NCBI RefSeq assembly: GCF_000828675.1
Contig: NZ_AP014510.1
Coordinates: 575,413-639,412 of the forward strand
Direction: 5' to 3'
Length of the DNA stretch: 64,000 nucleotides
Origin: Thermotoga profunda AZM34c06
GTDB lineage: Bacteria > Thermotogota > Thermotogae > Thermotogales > DSM-5069
The notes under the pieces were generated by a model. The model did not search any database and was not told where the DNA came from. It was given only the letters and a program-made list of their open reading frames with translations. Position numbers and translations under genes: made by a program. This document shows, piece after piece, positions 20,848-32,395 of this stretch. Positions within the stretch are counted from its first letter, which is position 1, and each line of letters opens with the position of its first letter.

Positions 20848-21172
20848 ATATACTGTTTTCTATCAAATATTCTGCTGCACCTGTTAATATTGCATCGGGG
20901 TTGTTGAGAGATTTTCTTATGAAAACTTCAAATCCATAAAATCTTTCCCTGGCTAATCTTTCAACTTCCAGAAGGTATTTTTCATCAAAGATGGCATATC
21001 TTCCGCCAACGACAAAATGACAGATATCTGTTATTGAGAGAACATTCTGTACAATGCTGAAGAGTAAACTGACTAAGGTTTTGATTGAGATTTCTCCTTT
21101 TGTTGAATACTCACTCAAGATTTGAGGATAAACATCACCAACAGTTGTGAATGGTTCGCAGTTGTAAATCAT
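20837..21172 (-). pseudogene. ROK-family sugar kinase/regulator C-terminal fragment (likely gene remnant)
   Basis: Ends VVGGRYA...NPDAILTGAAEYLIE, matching the ROK C-terminal pattern (GGG...GAA). No ATPase N-terminal half and no CxCGxxGC zinc motif. The six-frame ORF extends upstream (to 21298) only by overlapping the purD 3' end. Confidence 0.4.
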
Positions 21173-21182
21173 CCTACCGATC

Positions 21183-22436
21183 TCACCTGTATAGGTTAAG
21201 AGCGATATCTTTTCGATAATACATGTTCTCAAAATAAATGTTTTTGATTGCATCATAAACGACTTTTCTTGCTTGTTCATAACTCTGTGATTTCGCACAG
21301 ATATTCAAAACTCTGCCACCGTTTGTTAGAATTTTTTCGTCGACCTTTTTTGTGCCTGCGTGAAAGATGACCACATCTTTTTCTATACTTTTCAAGCCAG
21401 AGATTTCAAATCCCGTCTTGTAAGAATCTGGATATCCACCGCTTACCAACACTACACAAACGGCTTTTTCGTCTGACCATTTTATTGAACGATTATTCAG
21501 ACTTCCTTCTACCGTGGCTTGTAAAATCTCTACAAGATTATTTTTCAACAGCATCAATATCACCTGTGTTTCTGGATCTCCAAATCTACAATTGAATTCC
21601 AATACTTTTGGTCCATCTTTTGTGATCATCAACCCTGCGTAGAGCACACCTTTGTACTCGATTCCTTCATCTTGTAGGGCTTTAACAGTTTTAGTGAGAA
21701 TCCGATGATAGACATATTCCGCCGTCTCTTTTGAGTAATATGGGCACGGTGCAATTGCCCCCATTCCACCGGTGTTAGGACCACGATCATTATCACAGGC
21801 TCTCTTGTAGTCCATACTGCTAACCATGGGAATCACGGTTTTTCCATCACAAAAAGCCAGAACAGAGACTTCCTTTCCTTGGAGAAATTCTTCGATTATC
21901 ACCTTATTTCCTGCTTCGCCAAAGATTTTTTTGTTCATAATATCATCTATTGCTTTGTATGCATCCTTTTTTGATTTTGCAACAATAGCACCCTTTCCCG
22001 CGGCAAGTCCGTCGGCCTTCACAACAATTGGTGTGTCGATTTTACAAAGATATTTTTGAGCATCTATTTGATTGTCAAAGACTTCAAACTTAGCCGTTGG
22101 TATATTGTACTTTGACATGAGAAGTTTTGCAAAGACTTTGCTACTTTCTATCATTGCAGCCTTTTTGTTCGGTCCAAAGACCTTTAAACCATGTTTTTCA
22201 AATTCATCAACGATACCATTCGCAAGGTAGATCTCTGGACCCACTACTGTAAGATCTATCTTTTCTCGAACAGCAAAGTTTAATATATCTTGGATATTTG
22301 TCAAAACAGAGCATTTTGCGTCTTCACAGATTCCACCATTTCCAGGAGTGCAGAAAAGCTCTATTTCTTTATCAAAAGACAGTTTCCAAACCAGCGCGTG
22401 TTCCCTTCCGCCTTGTCCAACCACCAAGATTTTCAC
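21183..22436 (-). CDS. purD: phosphoribosylamine--glycine ligase
   Basis: MKILVVGQGGREHAL N-terminus and an ATP-grasp body. 417 aa. Confidence 0.9.
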   Translation of the reverse strand: MKILVVGQGGREHALVWKLSFDKEIELFCTPGNGGICEDAKCSVLTNIQDILNFAVREKIDLTVVGPEIYLANGIVDEFEKHGLKVFGPNKKAAMIESSKVFAKLLMSKYNIPTAKFEVFDNQIDAQKYLCKIDTPIVVKADGLAAGKGAIVAKSKKDAYKAIDDIMNKKIFGEAGNKVIIEEFLQGKEVSVLAFCDGKTVIPMVSSMDYKRACDNDRGPNTGGMGAIAPCPYYSKETAEYVYHRILTKTVKALQDEGIEYKGVLYAGLMITKDGPKVLEFNCRFGDPETQVILMLLKNNLVEILQATVEGSLNNRSIKWSDEKAVCVVLVSGGYPDSYKTGFEISGLKSIEKDVVIFHAGTKKVDEKILTNGGRVLNICAKSQSYEQARKVVYDAIKNIYFENMYYRKDIALNLYR

Positions 22437-22445
22437 AAAACCACC

Positions 22446-23966
22446 TCAGTGTTTGAAATGTCTTGTGCCCGTGAAGATCATTGCAATATTGTATTGATTT
22501 GCAATTTCAATAACCTGTTGATCTCTTATCGATCCTCCTGGCTGAATCACCGCGGAAATACCACTTTTTGCTGCAACTTCGAGTGCATCTGGAAATGGGA
22601 AAAAGGCATCTGAAGCAAGAACCGATCCCTTTGCTTTTTCACCTGCCATTCTCACACAATGCTCAGTCGGCCACAATCTGTTTACTTGACCCGTACCTAT
22701 TCCAAGAGTACATAGATCTTTGGCAACTACGATTGCATTTGATTTTGCGTGCTTAACTACTTTCCAGGCGAAGATGAGATCTCTCATTTCACTACTTGTT
22801 GGAGCTCTCTTGGTCACTACTTTGAGTTCTTCATAATCGAGATTGTCTTTTGTTTGTAAAAGAATACCTCCGCTGATCTTTTTGAAATCAAATGGTTCAT
22901 CTTCTGCTGAAAAGTCGATTTTCAGAATTCTCAGATTTTTCTTTTTCGATAAAACCATCAATGCATCTTGTGTGTAGTCGGGTGCAAGTGTTACTTCAAG
23001 AAAGATCTCTGAGAGTTTAGCGGCCAATGTCTTGTCAACAGTTCTGTTGAATGCGACGATACCACCAAAGATAGAGATAGGATCAGCTTGATATGTTTTT
23101 TCAAATGCCACCGAGATATCTTCATCGCATGCAACTCCACAGGGATTGGTGTGTTTTATGGCCACGGCACATGGCATATCAAATTCTTTTACAAGTTCAA
23201 AGGCGGCATCTGCATCGCATAGATTGTTGAAGGAAAGTTCCTTTCCTTGTAATTGCTGAGCATTCACTATCGCTGAAGATTTTGAGAAAGGGTTCTTGTA
23301 AAGTACAGCCTTTTGGTGAGGATTTTCTCCATATCTAAGGTCGTAGAGTTTCTCAAATGTTGGTGTAAATGTTTTCGGAAATTCTTCCATATTTAATTTT
23401 TCTCTGAAAAACTGGGAAATCATTGCATCATAATGTGCGGTATGCTCAAAGGATTTTAAAGCAAGCTTCATTCTCTCGTTTTCTGTAATAGTTTCTCTCT
23501 TAGAAAGTTTATCGATGAGCCATTCGTAATCAGATGGATCACACACCACAAGAACATCTTTATAATTTTTTGCAGCCGAACGGAGCATCGATGGCCCACC
23601 TATGTCTATGTTTTCCAATATTTGTTCCAAGTCATTTGTCTTTTGGACAGTTTCTTTGAATGGATAGAGATTGACAACCACGATATCGATCGGTGTAATT
23701 GAGAATTTTTTGAGTTCTTCCAGGTGTTCTTTTTTGTCTCTCTTCGCGAGAATCGCCCCATGAATTGATGGATGCAATGTCTTCACTCTTCCATTCAATA
23801 TTTCTGGGAATGATGTTATTTGCTGTACTTCTAAGACTTCAAGGCCGTTTTCTTTCAAATATCTTGCGGTACCACCTGTACTAACAATCTCCACGTTCAA
23901 TTCAGACAATTTTTTTGCAAAACTGACAAGACCTTCTTTGTTCGAAACAGATATCAACGCTCGCAT
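22446..23966 (-). CDS. purH: bifunctional AICAR formyltransferase/IMP cyclohydrolase
   Basis: MGS-like N-terminus [11 protein letters not shown] and a formyltransferase C-terminus. 506 aa. Confidence 0.9.
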   Translation of the reverse strand: MRALISVSNKEGLVSFAKKLSELNVEIVSTGGTARYLKENGLEVLEVQQITSFPEILNGRVKTLHPSIHGAILAKRDKKEHLEELKKFSITPIDIVVVNLYPFKETVQKTNDLEQILENIDIGGPSMLRSAAKNYKDVLVVCDPSDYEWLIDKLSKRETITENERMKLALKSFEHTAHYDAMISQFFREKLNMEEFPKTFTPTFEKLYDLRYGENPHQKAVLYKNPFSKSSAIVNAQQLQGKELSFNNLCDADAAFELVKEFDMPCAVAIKHTNPCGVACDEDISVAFEKTYQADPISIFGGIVAFNRTVDKTLAAKLSEIFLEVTLAPDYTQDALMVLSKKKNLRILKIDFSAEDEPFDFKKISGGILLQTKDNLDYEELKVVTKRAPTSSEMRDLIFAWKVVKHAKSNAIVVAKDLCTLGIGTGQVNRLWPTEHCVRMAGEKAKGSVLASDAFFPFPDALEVAAKSGISAVIQPGGSIRDQQVIEIANQYNIAMIFTGTRHFKH

Positions 23967-23970
23967 TTTT

Positions 23971-24597
23971 TCACTCCTCTATAAAAACCTTTCGCCCGAC
24001 AATTTTGAGTTTTCCTTCGGCAAACAATCTGATCGCCTCTGGTAATATTTGGTGTTCTATTTGATGAACTTTCAAAGCCACTGTTTCTGCAGTATCGTTA
24101 TCTTTGACTTCGATTGCCTTTTGAATTATTATTGGACCTGCATCGACATTTTCATCTACAAAATGAACCGTTGCACCAGTGATCTTAACTCCACTATCGA
24201 TAACTGCTTGGTGTACCTTCATACCGTAAAAATCTTTACCACAAAAGGCTGGTATCAGAGATGGATGTATATTGATGATTCTGTTCCTGAAAGCTCCAAT
24301 GAAATGTGGTGAGAGGATCTTCATGAAACCAGCCAAAACAACCAATTCGACATCATGAGATTTCAATATGTCGATCATCTTTTGCTCATAAGACACTTTA
24401 TCAGCAAAATCTCTTGGCTTTACGACAAAAGTTGGTATAGAATGCTTGCTTGCCCTTTGCAAAGCATAAGCATCTGGTTTATCACTTATCACTACGACTA
24501 CGCGGACGGGCAGTTCTTTTTTCTCGGATTTATCTATTATCGTTTGAAGGTTTGTTCCATTTCCAGATGCGAGGATTCCAACTTTTAAGATATTCAA
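23971..24597 (-). CDS. purN: phosphoribosylglycinamide formyltransferase
   Basis: 208 aa formyl-transferase fold ([15 protein letters not shown]). Confidence 0.85.
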   Translation of the reverse strand: MNILKVGILASGNGTNLQTIIDKSEKKELPVRVVVVISDKPDAYALQRASKHSIPTFVVKPRDFADKVSYEQKMIDILKSHDVELVVLAGFMKILSPHFIGAFRNRIINIHPSLIPAFCGKDFYGMKVHQAVIDSGVKITGATVHFVDENVDAGPIIIQKAIEVKDNDTAETVALKVHQIEHQILPEAIRLFAEGKLKIVGRKVFIEE

Positions 24598-25610
24598 ACC
24601 ATTACACCTCTTTCACCTTTAAAGATCTGACCAATAATCCATGCATTTTGCCCTTGAATTTGTAATTTTTTGATAATAGTATCTGCGCTATCTTTCTCGA
24701 CAACTAAAATAAAGCCTATTCCCATGTTGAAGGTCCTAAACATTTCTTTCTCTTCCATTTTTCCCATACTTTGAATTAGATGAAAGATCACAGGCACTTC
24801 CCATGATTTTTTATCCAATCTCGCTTCAAGGCCCTCTGGTATGACTCTTGGAAGGTTCTCCACGATCCCTCCACCGGTTATATGAGCCATTGCATGAACA
24901 TTTTCATCGAGTATCTCGAGAATTGGTTTGACATAAATCTTCGTCGGAATCAATAACTCTTCACCGAGGGTTTTTTTAAGATCATCTATGTATGTATTTA
25001 GTTTCATATCTTTCAGAAGTAATTTTCTAACCAGGGAGAATCCATTGCTGTGAAGACCACTTGAAGCAAGACCAATAACAACATCACCTTCTTTGACCTT
25101 TGAGCCATCCAATAATCTTTCTTTTTCGACTATACCAACCGCAAAGCCTGCGAGGTCATACTCATCTTCTTTGTACATATCTGGCATCTGTGCCGTTTCG
25201 CCACCTATTAGGGCACATCTGGCTTGAATGCAACCATCGCAAATACCTTTAACTATCTGAGCAACTTTTTCGGGAATGAGCTTTCCAACGGCGATATAAT
25301 CAAGAAAGAAAAGTGGTACCGCACCGTGGACTAATACGTCGTTCACACACATTGCAACACAATCAATTCCAACTGTATCGTGCTTATCCATCATAAAAGC
25401 TATCTTTAGTTTTGTGCCAACTCCATCGGTTCCTGCGACTAATACAGGATTTTTGTGTGAATTGTCTATTTGAAAAAAACCACCAAAACTTCCTATATCT
25501 CCAAGAACGCCTTTTGTATAGGTCGATTGAACATATTTTCTGATCATTTTTACGGCAGCGTCTGCAGCATCTATGTCGACTCCACTGTCTTTGTATGTGA
25601 TAGACATCAC
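24594..25610 (-). CDS. purM: phosphoribosylformylglycinamidine cyclo-ligase (AIR synthetase)
   Basis: 338 aa. YKDSGVDIDA N-terminus and the GGETAQMP motif. Confidence 0.9.
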   Translation of the reverse strand: MMSITYKDSGVDIDAADAAVKMIRKYVQSTYTKGVLGDIGSFGGFFQIDNSHKNPVLVAGTDGVGTKLKIAFMMDKHDTVGIDCVAMCVNDVLVHGAVPLFFLDYIAVGKLIPEKVAQIVKGICDGCIQARCALIGGETAQMPDMYKEDEYDLAGFAVGIVEKERLLDGSKVKEGDVVIGLASSGLHSNGFSLVRKLLLKDMKLNTYIDDLKKTLGEELLIPTKIYVKPILEILDENVHAMAHITGGGIVENLPRVIPEGLEARLDKKSWEVPVIFHLIQSMGKMEEKEMFRTFNMGIGFILVVEKDSADTIIKKLQIQGQNAWIIGQIFKGERGVMV

Positions 25611-25616
25611 ATCACC

Positions 25617-27008
25617 TCATCTTTTTTCAAAAAGATACTTTCTACCTTCTCTTGGTATTTCAATGGGGTATTCGCCTGTAAAGCAGGCTAAACATAGATT
25701 TTGTTTACTTAGGCCAGTTGCTTTGACTAAACCCTCAATACTCAGATAACCAAGACTATCTGCGCCGATAAACTCTTTGATCATCTCAAGATTGTTATCT
25801 GACGCGATCAATTCTTTTCTTGTTGAAGTGTCTATTCCAAAATAGCAACTGTGAGTTATTGGAGGAGAACTTATCCTCACATGTACTTCTCTTGCACCGC
25901 AATCTTTCAACATTCTAACGATCTGTCCCATGGTCGTTCCACGAACAATCGAATCATCTACCAAAACAATCCGTTTACCTTTGATTAAGTCTCTAAGTGG
26001 GCTGAGTTTCAATCTCACACCAAGACTTCTCATTCTTTGAGATGGTTGAATGAAGGTTCTTCCTATATAACGATTCTTGATCAATCCCATGCCCATTGGT
26101 ATATGAGATGCGTCTGAAAATCCTATAGCCGCAACATTTCCTGAATCAGGTACAGCAACAACAAGGTCTGCATCAACAGGATGCTCTCTTGCCAATATTG
26201 TGCCTGCTTCCCATCTTGTTTGATATACACTCACTTGGTCTATCGTGCTATCTGGTCTTGCAAAATAGACAAATTCAAAGACACATAGCGATTTCTTTGA
26301 GCTTTTTTTCTTGAAAGATTTAAGGCCATCCTCATCAAATACAACGATTTCTCCAGGTTCAACATCTCTAATGAATGTAGCACCTATGGTATCAAATGCG
26401 GCACTTTCCGATGCTATTACATAAGAACCGTTATAAGAACCAATGCACAACGGGCGAAAACCATGAGAATCTCTAACTGCAATGAGTTTGTCTTTGGACA
26501 TTATCAAAAGCGAATAAGCACCGTGCACTTTTTCAACACATTCAAATATTGCGTCGATCAATGATTTACGTGATTTTGCAATCAAAGCTGCAACTACTTC
26601 ACTGTCTGTGGTTGTATGAAACATTATGCCGTTTTGTTCAAGTTCATTTCTCAATTCGTACGCATTGACGATGTTTCCATTGTGAGCCACAGCCAATTCA
26701 CCTGAGTGATATTTCACAACCAGTGGTTGTGCATTGCTCAAAGAATTACTTCCCGTTGTTGAATATCTGACATGCCCAATAGCCATCTTTCCACCGAGTA
26801 GATCGAGGTCTTCTTCGTTAAAAACTTCAGACACCAAACCCAGACCTTTGTGGTATCTAATCGAATTCTGATCACTCACCGCTATGCCGGCGCTTTCTTG
26901 TCCTCTGTGCTGCAGAGCAAAAAGTCCATAATACACAGTCTTTGCTATTGATTCATCATATTGCGAAGAAAAAACACCCAGTAAACCACAGGCTTCTTTC
27001 AATGGCAT
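25617..27008 (-). CDS. purF: amidophosphoribosyltransferase
   Basis: N-terminal propeptide followed by catalytic Cys ([13 protein letters not shown]) and a PRTase domain. 463 aa. Confidence 0.9.
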   Translation of the reverse strand: MPLKEACGLLGVFSSQYDESIAKTVYYGLFALQHRGQESAGIAVSDQNSIRYHKGLGLVSEVFNEEDLDLLGGKMAIGHVRYSTTGSNSLSNAQPLVVKYHSGELAVAHNGNIVNAYELRNELEQNGIMFHTTTDSEVVAALIAKSRKSLIDAIFECVEKVHGAYSLLIMSKDKLIAVRDSHGFRPLCIGSYNGSYVIASESAAFDTIGATFIRDVEPGEIVVFDEDGLKSFKKKSSKKSLCVFEFVYFARPDSTIDQVSVYQTRWEAGTILAREHPVDADLVVAVPDSGNVAAIGFSDASHIPMGMGLIKNRYIGRTFIQPSQRMRSLGVRLKLSPLRDLIKGKRIVLVDDSIVRGTTMGQIVRMLKDCGAREVHVRISSPPITHSCYFGIDTSTRKELIASDNNLEMIKEFIGADSLGYLSIEGLVKATGLSKQNLCLACFTGEYPIEIPREGRKYLFEKR

Positions 27009-29185
27009 TATTGATTCACCAGCTTTTCGAGTGAATGATCGTATATACTTTGTATCTCATTTACAGTCGTGTCTATAACTCGATTGTCATTGATTTTGAT
27101 GATGAAATCTTGTTTTATTACTTCTCCAATTACAGTTGCTGGAAGGTCTTCTTGTTGAACAATTTCCCAGAAAGACGAGATTTTTTCCTTTGAAACACTG
27201 ATTAAAATTCTCGACTGATCCTCGCCGAAAAGTACAAAATCTGGTCTCTTATTGGTTTTCAGTTCACACGACACTCCAAGATTTCCCAGAATGCACGATT
27301 CTGCAAGGGAAATTGCTAAACCGCCTTCTGAAAGATCGTGCGCTGAATTTACGATCTTTTCTCGTATCAATCTTAAACAAGTCTTTTGGAGTCTTTTTTC
27401 CATCTCAAGATCGACACATGGTGGTTTACCTGATTCGACTTTGAAGATGAATCTCGTGTATTCACAGGCGAACTCTTCGCTACGGTTGTTTCCCAATAGT
27501 ATCACAACATCTCCTGGATTTTTAAAACCTGCCGTACACAAAGATGAAAGATCCTCTATCAAACCAACCATACCAATCACTGGAGTTGGATATATCTTTC
27601 TTTGAGGACTTTCATTGTAAAGGCTCACATTTCCACTCACAACTGGTATCTCCAGATATTTAGCGGCATCAGCTATACCCTGTATGGCTCTTTGAAGTTG
27701 ATAAGCTATCTTTGGATCGTCTGGATTTGCAAAATTCAAGCAATCCGTTATACCAACTGGTTCTGCGCCGGTTACGACTAAATTTCTTGCGGCTTCACAA
27801 ACCGCGATCTTTGTACCTTCGTATGGATCTAAATAGCAATAAAAACTATTACAGTCTGTTGTTACCGCGATTGCTTTGTTCAAATCTTTTATTCTCAAAA
27901 CTGCTGCATCTGAACCAGGTAATACAACCGTGTTTGTCCCAACTCTGTGATCATACCTTTCATAGACAAATCTCCTACTGCAGATATTCTCGCTTCTAAG
28001 GAGTTCAAAGAAGATCTCTTGCAGATTATCTAATTGTGGAAAATTTGTCTGGCAAGAATCTGTCCATGGAATTGCTTCGAGATCAACGATCGGTACCTTA
28101 TCGGTGAGAGCTTTCACTGGTATCTGAGCGACAACCTGGTCCTTCATTTTCACAGTGAAAAGACCATCATCTGTTATCTTTCCTATGATCTGTGCATGGA
28201 GGTCCCACTTTTCAAAGATCTCCTTGACTATTTTCTCAGATCCCGGTTTGATAATGAGAAGCATTCTCTCTTGGGATTCTGAAAGAACAATTTCGTAAGG
28301 AGTCATTCCCTCTTCTCTTTGTGGCACGAGTGAAAGTTCTATTTCTATACCTTTGTTTCCTTTTGAAGCAACTTCTGAGCATGCAGATGTCAAACCCGCA
28401 GCACCAAGATCTTGAATCGCCAATACACAATCGAGTTTGCTTGCCTCGAGGCATGCCTCAATGAGTAGTTTTTCTGTGAAAGGATCTCCTATTTGAACAG
28501 ATGGTCTTTTCTTTTCAGATTGTTCGGTGAGGTTTTCTGAGGCAAAACTCGCGCCGTGTATACCATCTCTTCCTGTAGAACTACCAACGAGCATCACGAG
28601 ACTACTCGACTCAGTCGCTTTTGAAAGTTTTATTTCTTTTTTTCTGGCTATACCAACGCACATCACATTAACCAAAGGATTGTCATCGTAACAATCATTG
28701 AAATATATCTCACCAGCAACTGTGGGAACTCCTATACAATTTCCATAATGTGCTATACCTGAAATCACACCCGAGAATAGGTATTTTGTCTTTGGATCCT
28801 TGAGATCGCCAAACCTGAGAGAATCGAGTAAAGCTATCGGTCGTGCGCCCATTGCAAAGATGTCTCTCACGATACCACCAATTCCGGTCGCAGCGCCTTG
28901 GAATGGTTCCACAGCCGATGGGTGGTTGTGACTCTCCATTTTAAAGACAACAACCAGATCATCACCTATATCAACTACACCTGCGTTTTCTCCAGGTCCT
29001 TGGATAACTCTTTTGCCCTTTGTTGGGAATTCCTTGAGAAGTTTTTTCGTGTGTTTGTAACTGCAATGTTCAGACCACATGACTGAAAACATTCCAAGCT
29101 CAATTTCATTTGGTTCTCTTTGTAATATTTCAACGATCTTTTTGTATTCTTTCTCGCTCAGTCCGAGTTCTTTATATGAGTGCAT
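27008..29185 (-). CDS. purL: phosphoribosylformylglycinamidine synthase subunit PurL (FGAM synthase II)
   Basis: 725 aa, duplicated AIRS-like domains. Coupled to purQ and purS. Confidence 0.9.
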   Translation of the reverse strand: MHSYKELGLSEKEYKKIVEILQREPNEIELGMFSVMWSEHCSYKHTKKLLKEFPTKGKRVIQGPGENAGVVDIGDDLVVVFKMESHNHPSAVEPFQGAATGIGGIVRDIFAMGARPIALLDSLRFGDLKDPKTKYLFSGVISGIAHYGNCIGVPTVAGEIYFNDCYDDNPLVNVMCVGIARKKEIKLSKATESSSLVMLVGSSTGRDGIHGASFASENLTEQSEKKRPSVQIGDPFTEKLLIEACLEASKLDCVLAIQDLGAAGLTSACSEVASKGNKGIEIELSLVPQREEGMTPYEIVLSESQERMLLIIKPGSEKIVKEIFEKWDLHAQIIGKITDDGLFTVKMKDQVVAQIPVKALTDKVPIVDLEAIPWTDSCQTNFPQLDNLQEIFFELLRSENICSRRFVYERYDHRVGTNTVVLPGSDAAVLRIKDLNKAIAVTTDCNSFYCYLDPYEGTKIAVCEAARNLVVTGAEPVGITDCLNFANPDDPKIAYQLQRAIQGIADAAKYLEIPVVSGNVSLYNESPQRKIYPTPVIGMVGLIEDLSSLCTAGFKNPGDVVILLGNNRSEEFACEYTRFIFKVESGKPPCVDLEMEKRLQKTCLRLIREKIVNSAHDLSEGGLAISLAESCILGNLGVSCELKTNKRPDFVLFGEDQSRILISVSKEKISSFWEIVQQEDLPATVIGEVIKQDFIIKINDNRVIDTTVNEIQSIYDHSLEKLVNQ

Positions 29186-29876
29186 GAGATTTCCTCCGTT
29201 CTATGTACAAAGCGATTGATTCAAAGATCTTTTTCCCGTCTATTGAACCAAGGATATCTTCGGTACATCTTTCTGGGTGGGGCATTAAACCGAACACGTT
29301 GTTATTTTGATTGATAATACCCGCTATGTTTGAAACAGATCCATTTGGGTTGGATCTTTCATCGATCTTTCCGCTCCTGTCACAATATCGCAGAACAACT
29401 TGAGATTCTACTTTCTTTGGATTTTGAATAAAATAATTTCCCTCACCATGTGCAATGCTCATCTTTACAATTTCTCCCATAGAATACATGAGCGTGAAAG
29501 GTGTGGAATTATTCTCAACACGCAAATACACATCATGACAGTGAAATCTCAGATCTTTGTTTTTCATCAGCACACCGGGAAGAAGGCCTGCCTCGGTCAG
29601 TATCTGAAAACCATTACAGATACCGAGTACCAAAGTGCCATTTTGCGCCGAATCAACGACACTTTTCATAACTGGTGAAAATCTTGCTATTGCACCAGCT
29701 CTCAGGTAATCTCCATAAGAAAACCCACCTGGTAAGACTATCAAGTCGAACTCATTTGGTGCAAAATTCTCCTTGTGAAAAACATATTGGCAGTCAAAGC
29801 CAAGGACGTACTTCAAGACATAGTAAGCATCTGAGTCGCAATTTGACCCAGGAAAGACTATGACTGCCGATCTCAT
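29172..29876 (-). CDS. purQ: phosphoribosylformylglycinamidine synthase subunit PurQ (glutaminase)
   Basis: Class I glutamine amidotransferase with the catalytic GICNGFQ Cys. 234 aa. Confidence 0.9.
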   Translation of the reverse strand: MRSAVIVFPGSNCDSDAYYVLKYVLGFDCQYVFHKENFAPNEFDLIVLPGGFSYGDYLRAGAIARFSPVMKSVVDSAQNGTLVLGICNGFQILTEAGLLPGVLMKNKDLRFHCHDVYLRVENNSTPFTLMYSMGEIVKMSIAHGEGNYFIQNPKKVESQVVLRYCDRSGKIDERSNPNGSVSNIAGIINQNNNVFGLMPHPERCTEDILGSIDGKKIFESIALYIERRKSHALI

Positions 29877-30127
29877 CTTATCTCCTCCACAGACAAAATT
29901 AGATATTTTTCTATAACTGGATTGGCAAGTAGCTTTTCACACATTTGTTCAATCTCAGATTTCAACTTTGTCTGATTTTTCACATCGATATCGATTTCGA
30001 TTATTTTACCCATCCTCACATCTTTAACATTTTCAAATCCAAGATGATGCAATGCCTGTTTAACGGCATTACCTTGGGGATCGAGTACACCATCTTTAAA
30101 CATGATTTCGATCTTTGCTCTATACAC
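29873..30127 (-). CDS. purS: phosphoribosylformylglycinamidine synthase subunit PurS
   Basis: 84 aa small subunit located between purQ and purC. Confidence 0.85.
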   Translation of the reverse strand: MYRAKIEIMFKDGVLDPQGNAVKQALHHLGFENVKDVRMGKIIEIDIDVKNQTKLKSEIEQMCEKLLANPVIEKYLILSVEEIR

Positions 30128-30137
30128 AAAATCACTC

Positions 30138-30845
30138 CTAACTGCTTACCCTTTTGTATATTTCCCAATAAGCTTCCTCGATTTTGCCAAGGTCTCTTCT
30201 GAATCTATCTTTGTCAAGTTTCTCCTTTGTTGAGCTATCCCAGAACCTACAGGTATCCGGTGAAATTTCGTCGGCAAGCAATATTTGTCCATCCATTCTT
30301 CCAAATTCGAGCTTGAAATCAACCAGGACTATGTTCCTGCTTTCTAAAAAGTTCTTCAGGATTTCATTAACCTTTAGCGCTGTTTGCTCGATCCTTCCAA
30401 TCTCTTCCTCTGACGCCAAATTCAATGCGAGTACATGATAGTGATTTATCATCGGGTCTCCTAATTCATCGCTCTTGTAGCAAAGTTCGAGAACGGTTTT
30501 TTTGAGAGTAGTTCCTTCGGCTAAACCCAATCTTTTTGAAAGGCTTCCGGCAACGATATTTCTCACAATGACCTCTATGGGTATTATCTTCACTGCTTTG
30601 ACGAGCATTTCTCTATCGTTCAGTAGTTTGATGAAATGGGTTTGAATGCCATTCTTCTCGAGTAATTCGAAAAAGATCGCTGAGATTTTGTTGTTCAAGA
30701 TACCTTTGTTTGGGATCGTTCCTTTTTTCTTACCATCAAAAGCCGTTGCATCGTCTTTGTATTCGATTATCAAAAGATTTGGGTCACTTGTTTGATATAC
30801 CCTTTTTGCTTTTCCTTCGTAAATCATCTGCTTTTTTTCCATCAT
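30138..30845 (-). CDS. purC: phosphoribosylaminoimidazole-succinocarboxamide synthase
   Basis: 235 aa SAICAR synthetase ([16 protein letters not shown]). Confidence 0.9.
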   Translation of the reverse strand: MMEKKQMIYEGKAKRVYQTSDPNLLIIEYKDDATAFDGKKKGTIPNKGILNNKISAIFFELLEKNGIQTHFIKLLNDREMLVKAVKIIPIEVIVRNIVAGSLSKRLGLAEGTTLKKTVLELCYKSDELGDPMINHYHVLALNLASEEEIGRIEQTALKVNEILKNFLESRNIVLVDFKLEFGRMDGQILLADEISPDTCRFWDSSTKEKLDKDRFRRDLGKIEEAYWEIYKRVSS

Positions 30846-30846
30846 C

Positions 30847-31323
30847 TCACCCTTCCCTTAGTTTTTTGTTTTTATCCAATACGGCTTTTCTGAGATCATC
30901 TTTGTACTTTGCGAGTTTTTCCCTGAGATTTTGATTGTTCAAAGACAAAATCTCTATTGCAAATAATGCGGCATTCTTGGCTCCATCTATGGTCATCGTT
31001 GCAACAGGTACACCAGTTGGCATCTGGCAGATTGACAAAAGTGAGTCAAGTCCGTTTAAAGAAGCAGAAATTGGTACACCGATCACTGGTAATGTGGTCA
31101 CAGATGCTATGATTCCTGGTAGATGTGCAGCCTTACCAGCCATGGCAATGATCACCGAATATTCTTTTTCTGCGTTTTTTGCAAGATCGATCGTTTCATA
31201 TGGTGTCCGATGGGCAGAGAGGATGAAAATCTCGTGTGGAATGTCAAAAGATTTGAGCACCTCAGACGCTTCTTGAGCGTACTTTAAATCGCTATCGCTT
31301 CCCACGACAATGGCAATTTTCAT
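30847..31323 (-). CDS. purE: 5-(carboxyamino)imidazole ribonucleotide mutase
   Basis: [14 protein letters not shown]-terminus. True start is ATG 31323, 7 nt downstream of GGAGGTG. The ORF-track TTG 31338 lies inside the RBS/terminator tail. Confidence 0.9.
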   Translation of the reverse strand: MKIAIVVGSDSDLKYAQEASEVLKSFDIPHEIFILSAHRTPYETIDLAKNAEKEYSVIIAMAGKAAHLPGIIASVTTLPVIGVPISASLNGLDSLLSICQMPTGVPVATMTIDGAKNAALFAIEILSLNNQNLREKLAKYKDDLRKAVLDKNKKLREG

Positions 31324-31336
31324 GCAAAGCACCTCC

Positions 31337-31460
31337 AAAAAATAAAAAATCGGTAGTGAAAGTCTCTACCGAAAAGAAATTAGCCCTTGTAGCCAGGACA
31401 GTTTACGGCTGTCCGGTAGAGACTTCCGAGCCCTATTCTCGGAATTATACAAGGGCATTT
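31337..31460 (-). ncRNA. purine (guanine-class) riboswitch with terminator/antiterminator expression platform, leader of the pur operon
   Basis: Minus-strand RNA GCCCUUGUAUAAUUCCGAGAAUAGGGCUCGGAAGUCUCUACCGGACAGCCGUAAACUGUCCUGGCUACAAGGGC matches the B. subtilis xpt G-box almost element by element. P1 is GCCCUUGUA/UACAAGGGC. J1/2 is UAUAAU. P2 and L2 are UCCGAG-AAUAGGGC-CUCGGA. J2/3 is AGUCUCUACC. P3 and L3 are GGACAG-CCGUAAA-CUGUCC. A C immediately precedes the 3' strand of P1 (the guanine-specifying position). Downstream hairpin UCGGUAG-AGACUUUCA-CUACCGA plus UUUUUUAUUUUUU forms an intrinsic terminator. Its 5' arm CGGUAGAGACU is complementary to aptamer J2/3 AGUCUCUACCG (antiterminator). Confidence 0.9.
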
Positions 31461-31582
31461 CCCCGTGGGAGGGAAATATTCACTTGTACAGTTTAATAAT
31501 ATCATGAAGCTTAATCAGAGATATATTTTCAAAATGAATAAAAATACTTTACAAAATTTTGTGCCCAAAGATCTCAACTGTC

Positions 31583-31605
31583 AAAAAACCCCCGTAAGGG
31601 GGATT
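31583..31605 (-). terminator. intrinsic terminator after the encapsulin gene (bidirectional-looking)
   Basis: CCCCC-GUAA/UUAC-GGGGG hairpin flanked by A6 on one side and a T-rich run on the other. It sits directly after the encapsulin stop at 31607. Confidence 0.7.
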
Positions 31606-31606
31606 A

Positions 31607-32395
31607 TTATTTTGTACTCAATATGCACACAGAGGAGGGTGTATTCAAAAATAATGTGAGACTTTCAGAAATTGAAAATTCAAGTTTCTCTCCAACAGGT
31701 CCTATGAAACCTATTGACATGTCTTGACCGATTATTATCGAAGCGAATACATCTGATTCATGTATGAGAACACCGCAGTCTTTCAAAATGGGAGCTTTAT
31801 AGACATTTTTTACAAAAGCTTTCATGTGCTCGAGTTCAGTTTGATTTCCACTTTCGTATCTCCTGAAGAGCAAGTTATATCTTTCAGGTGATAGAGCCAA
31901 TAGATAAGGACCATGGAAACCCGCTTCATCAAGGCGGGTGACTGCTTCGATCACATTATTAACTGCTTGCCCGACGTTTTTCCAGGACTTCAATTCAACG
32001 CTGAGTACACCGTCTGAATTGAGTAAACCCTTAGAAGATATTCCTTCAAAGATCAATTTATCTTCGATTTTTGCGCATTCTTTTGTAGCTTCGATTAGTG
32101 AAGAAAGATCGATCGTAATTCCTTCTTTTTCATAAGCTGCAAGGTCTCTTTTTGAGATCAGAAAGGTCTTGTGTATATAAGTCAACGGGAGTGTCTTAGA
32201 TGAAAAAACTCCCGGTTCGATCTCGATATCTGCCAAAGATATCTGTTTCAAACCAATGCCAAAAGGTCCTTTTGTTGGAAGAATCTTTCTTCCTGTGAGA
32301 TAACTTTTTGCGATCTCGACCATTGTGTTATTGAAGAGTTGCCAAAGCTCCGGTGATAGTGGTGCATCTTCTTGCATTAAATATTTATTCGCCAT
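31607..32395 (-). CDS. family 1 encapsulin nanocompartment shell protein (HK97-fold, linocin M18-like)
   Basis: 262 aa. Strong similarity to the remembered T. maritima encapsulin: [21 protein letters not shown] vs [33 protein letters not shown] vs [22 protein letters not shown] vs ILGQDLSIGY. The true ATG ([19 protein letters not shown]) lies 1 nt after the cargo gene's TGA. Confidence 0.85.
   Translation of the reverse strand: [262 protein letters not shown]

Noticed and set aside
31465-31659. 64-aa +strand ORF in the pur-operon promoter/encapsulin terminator region.
   Set aside because: It spans the pur promoter region and the encapsulin terminator hairpin. It has no RBS and nonsense composition. 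The region is better explained as regulatory DNA.
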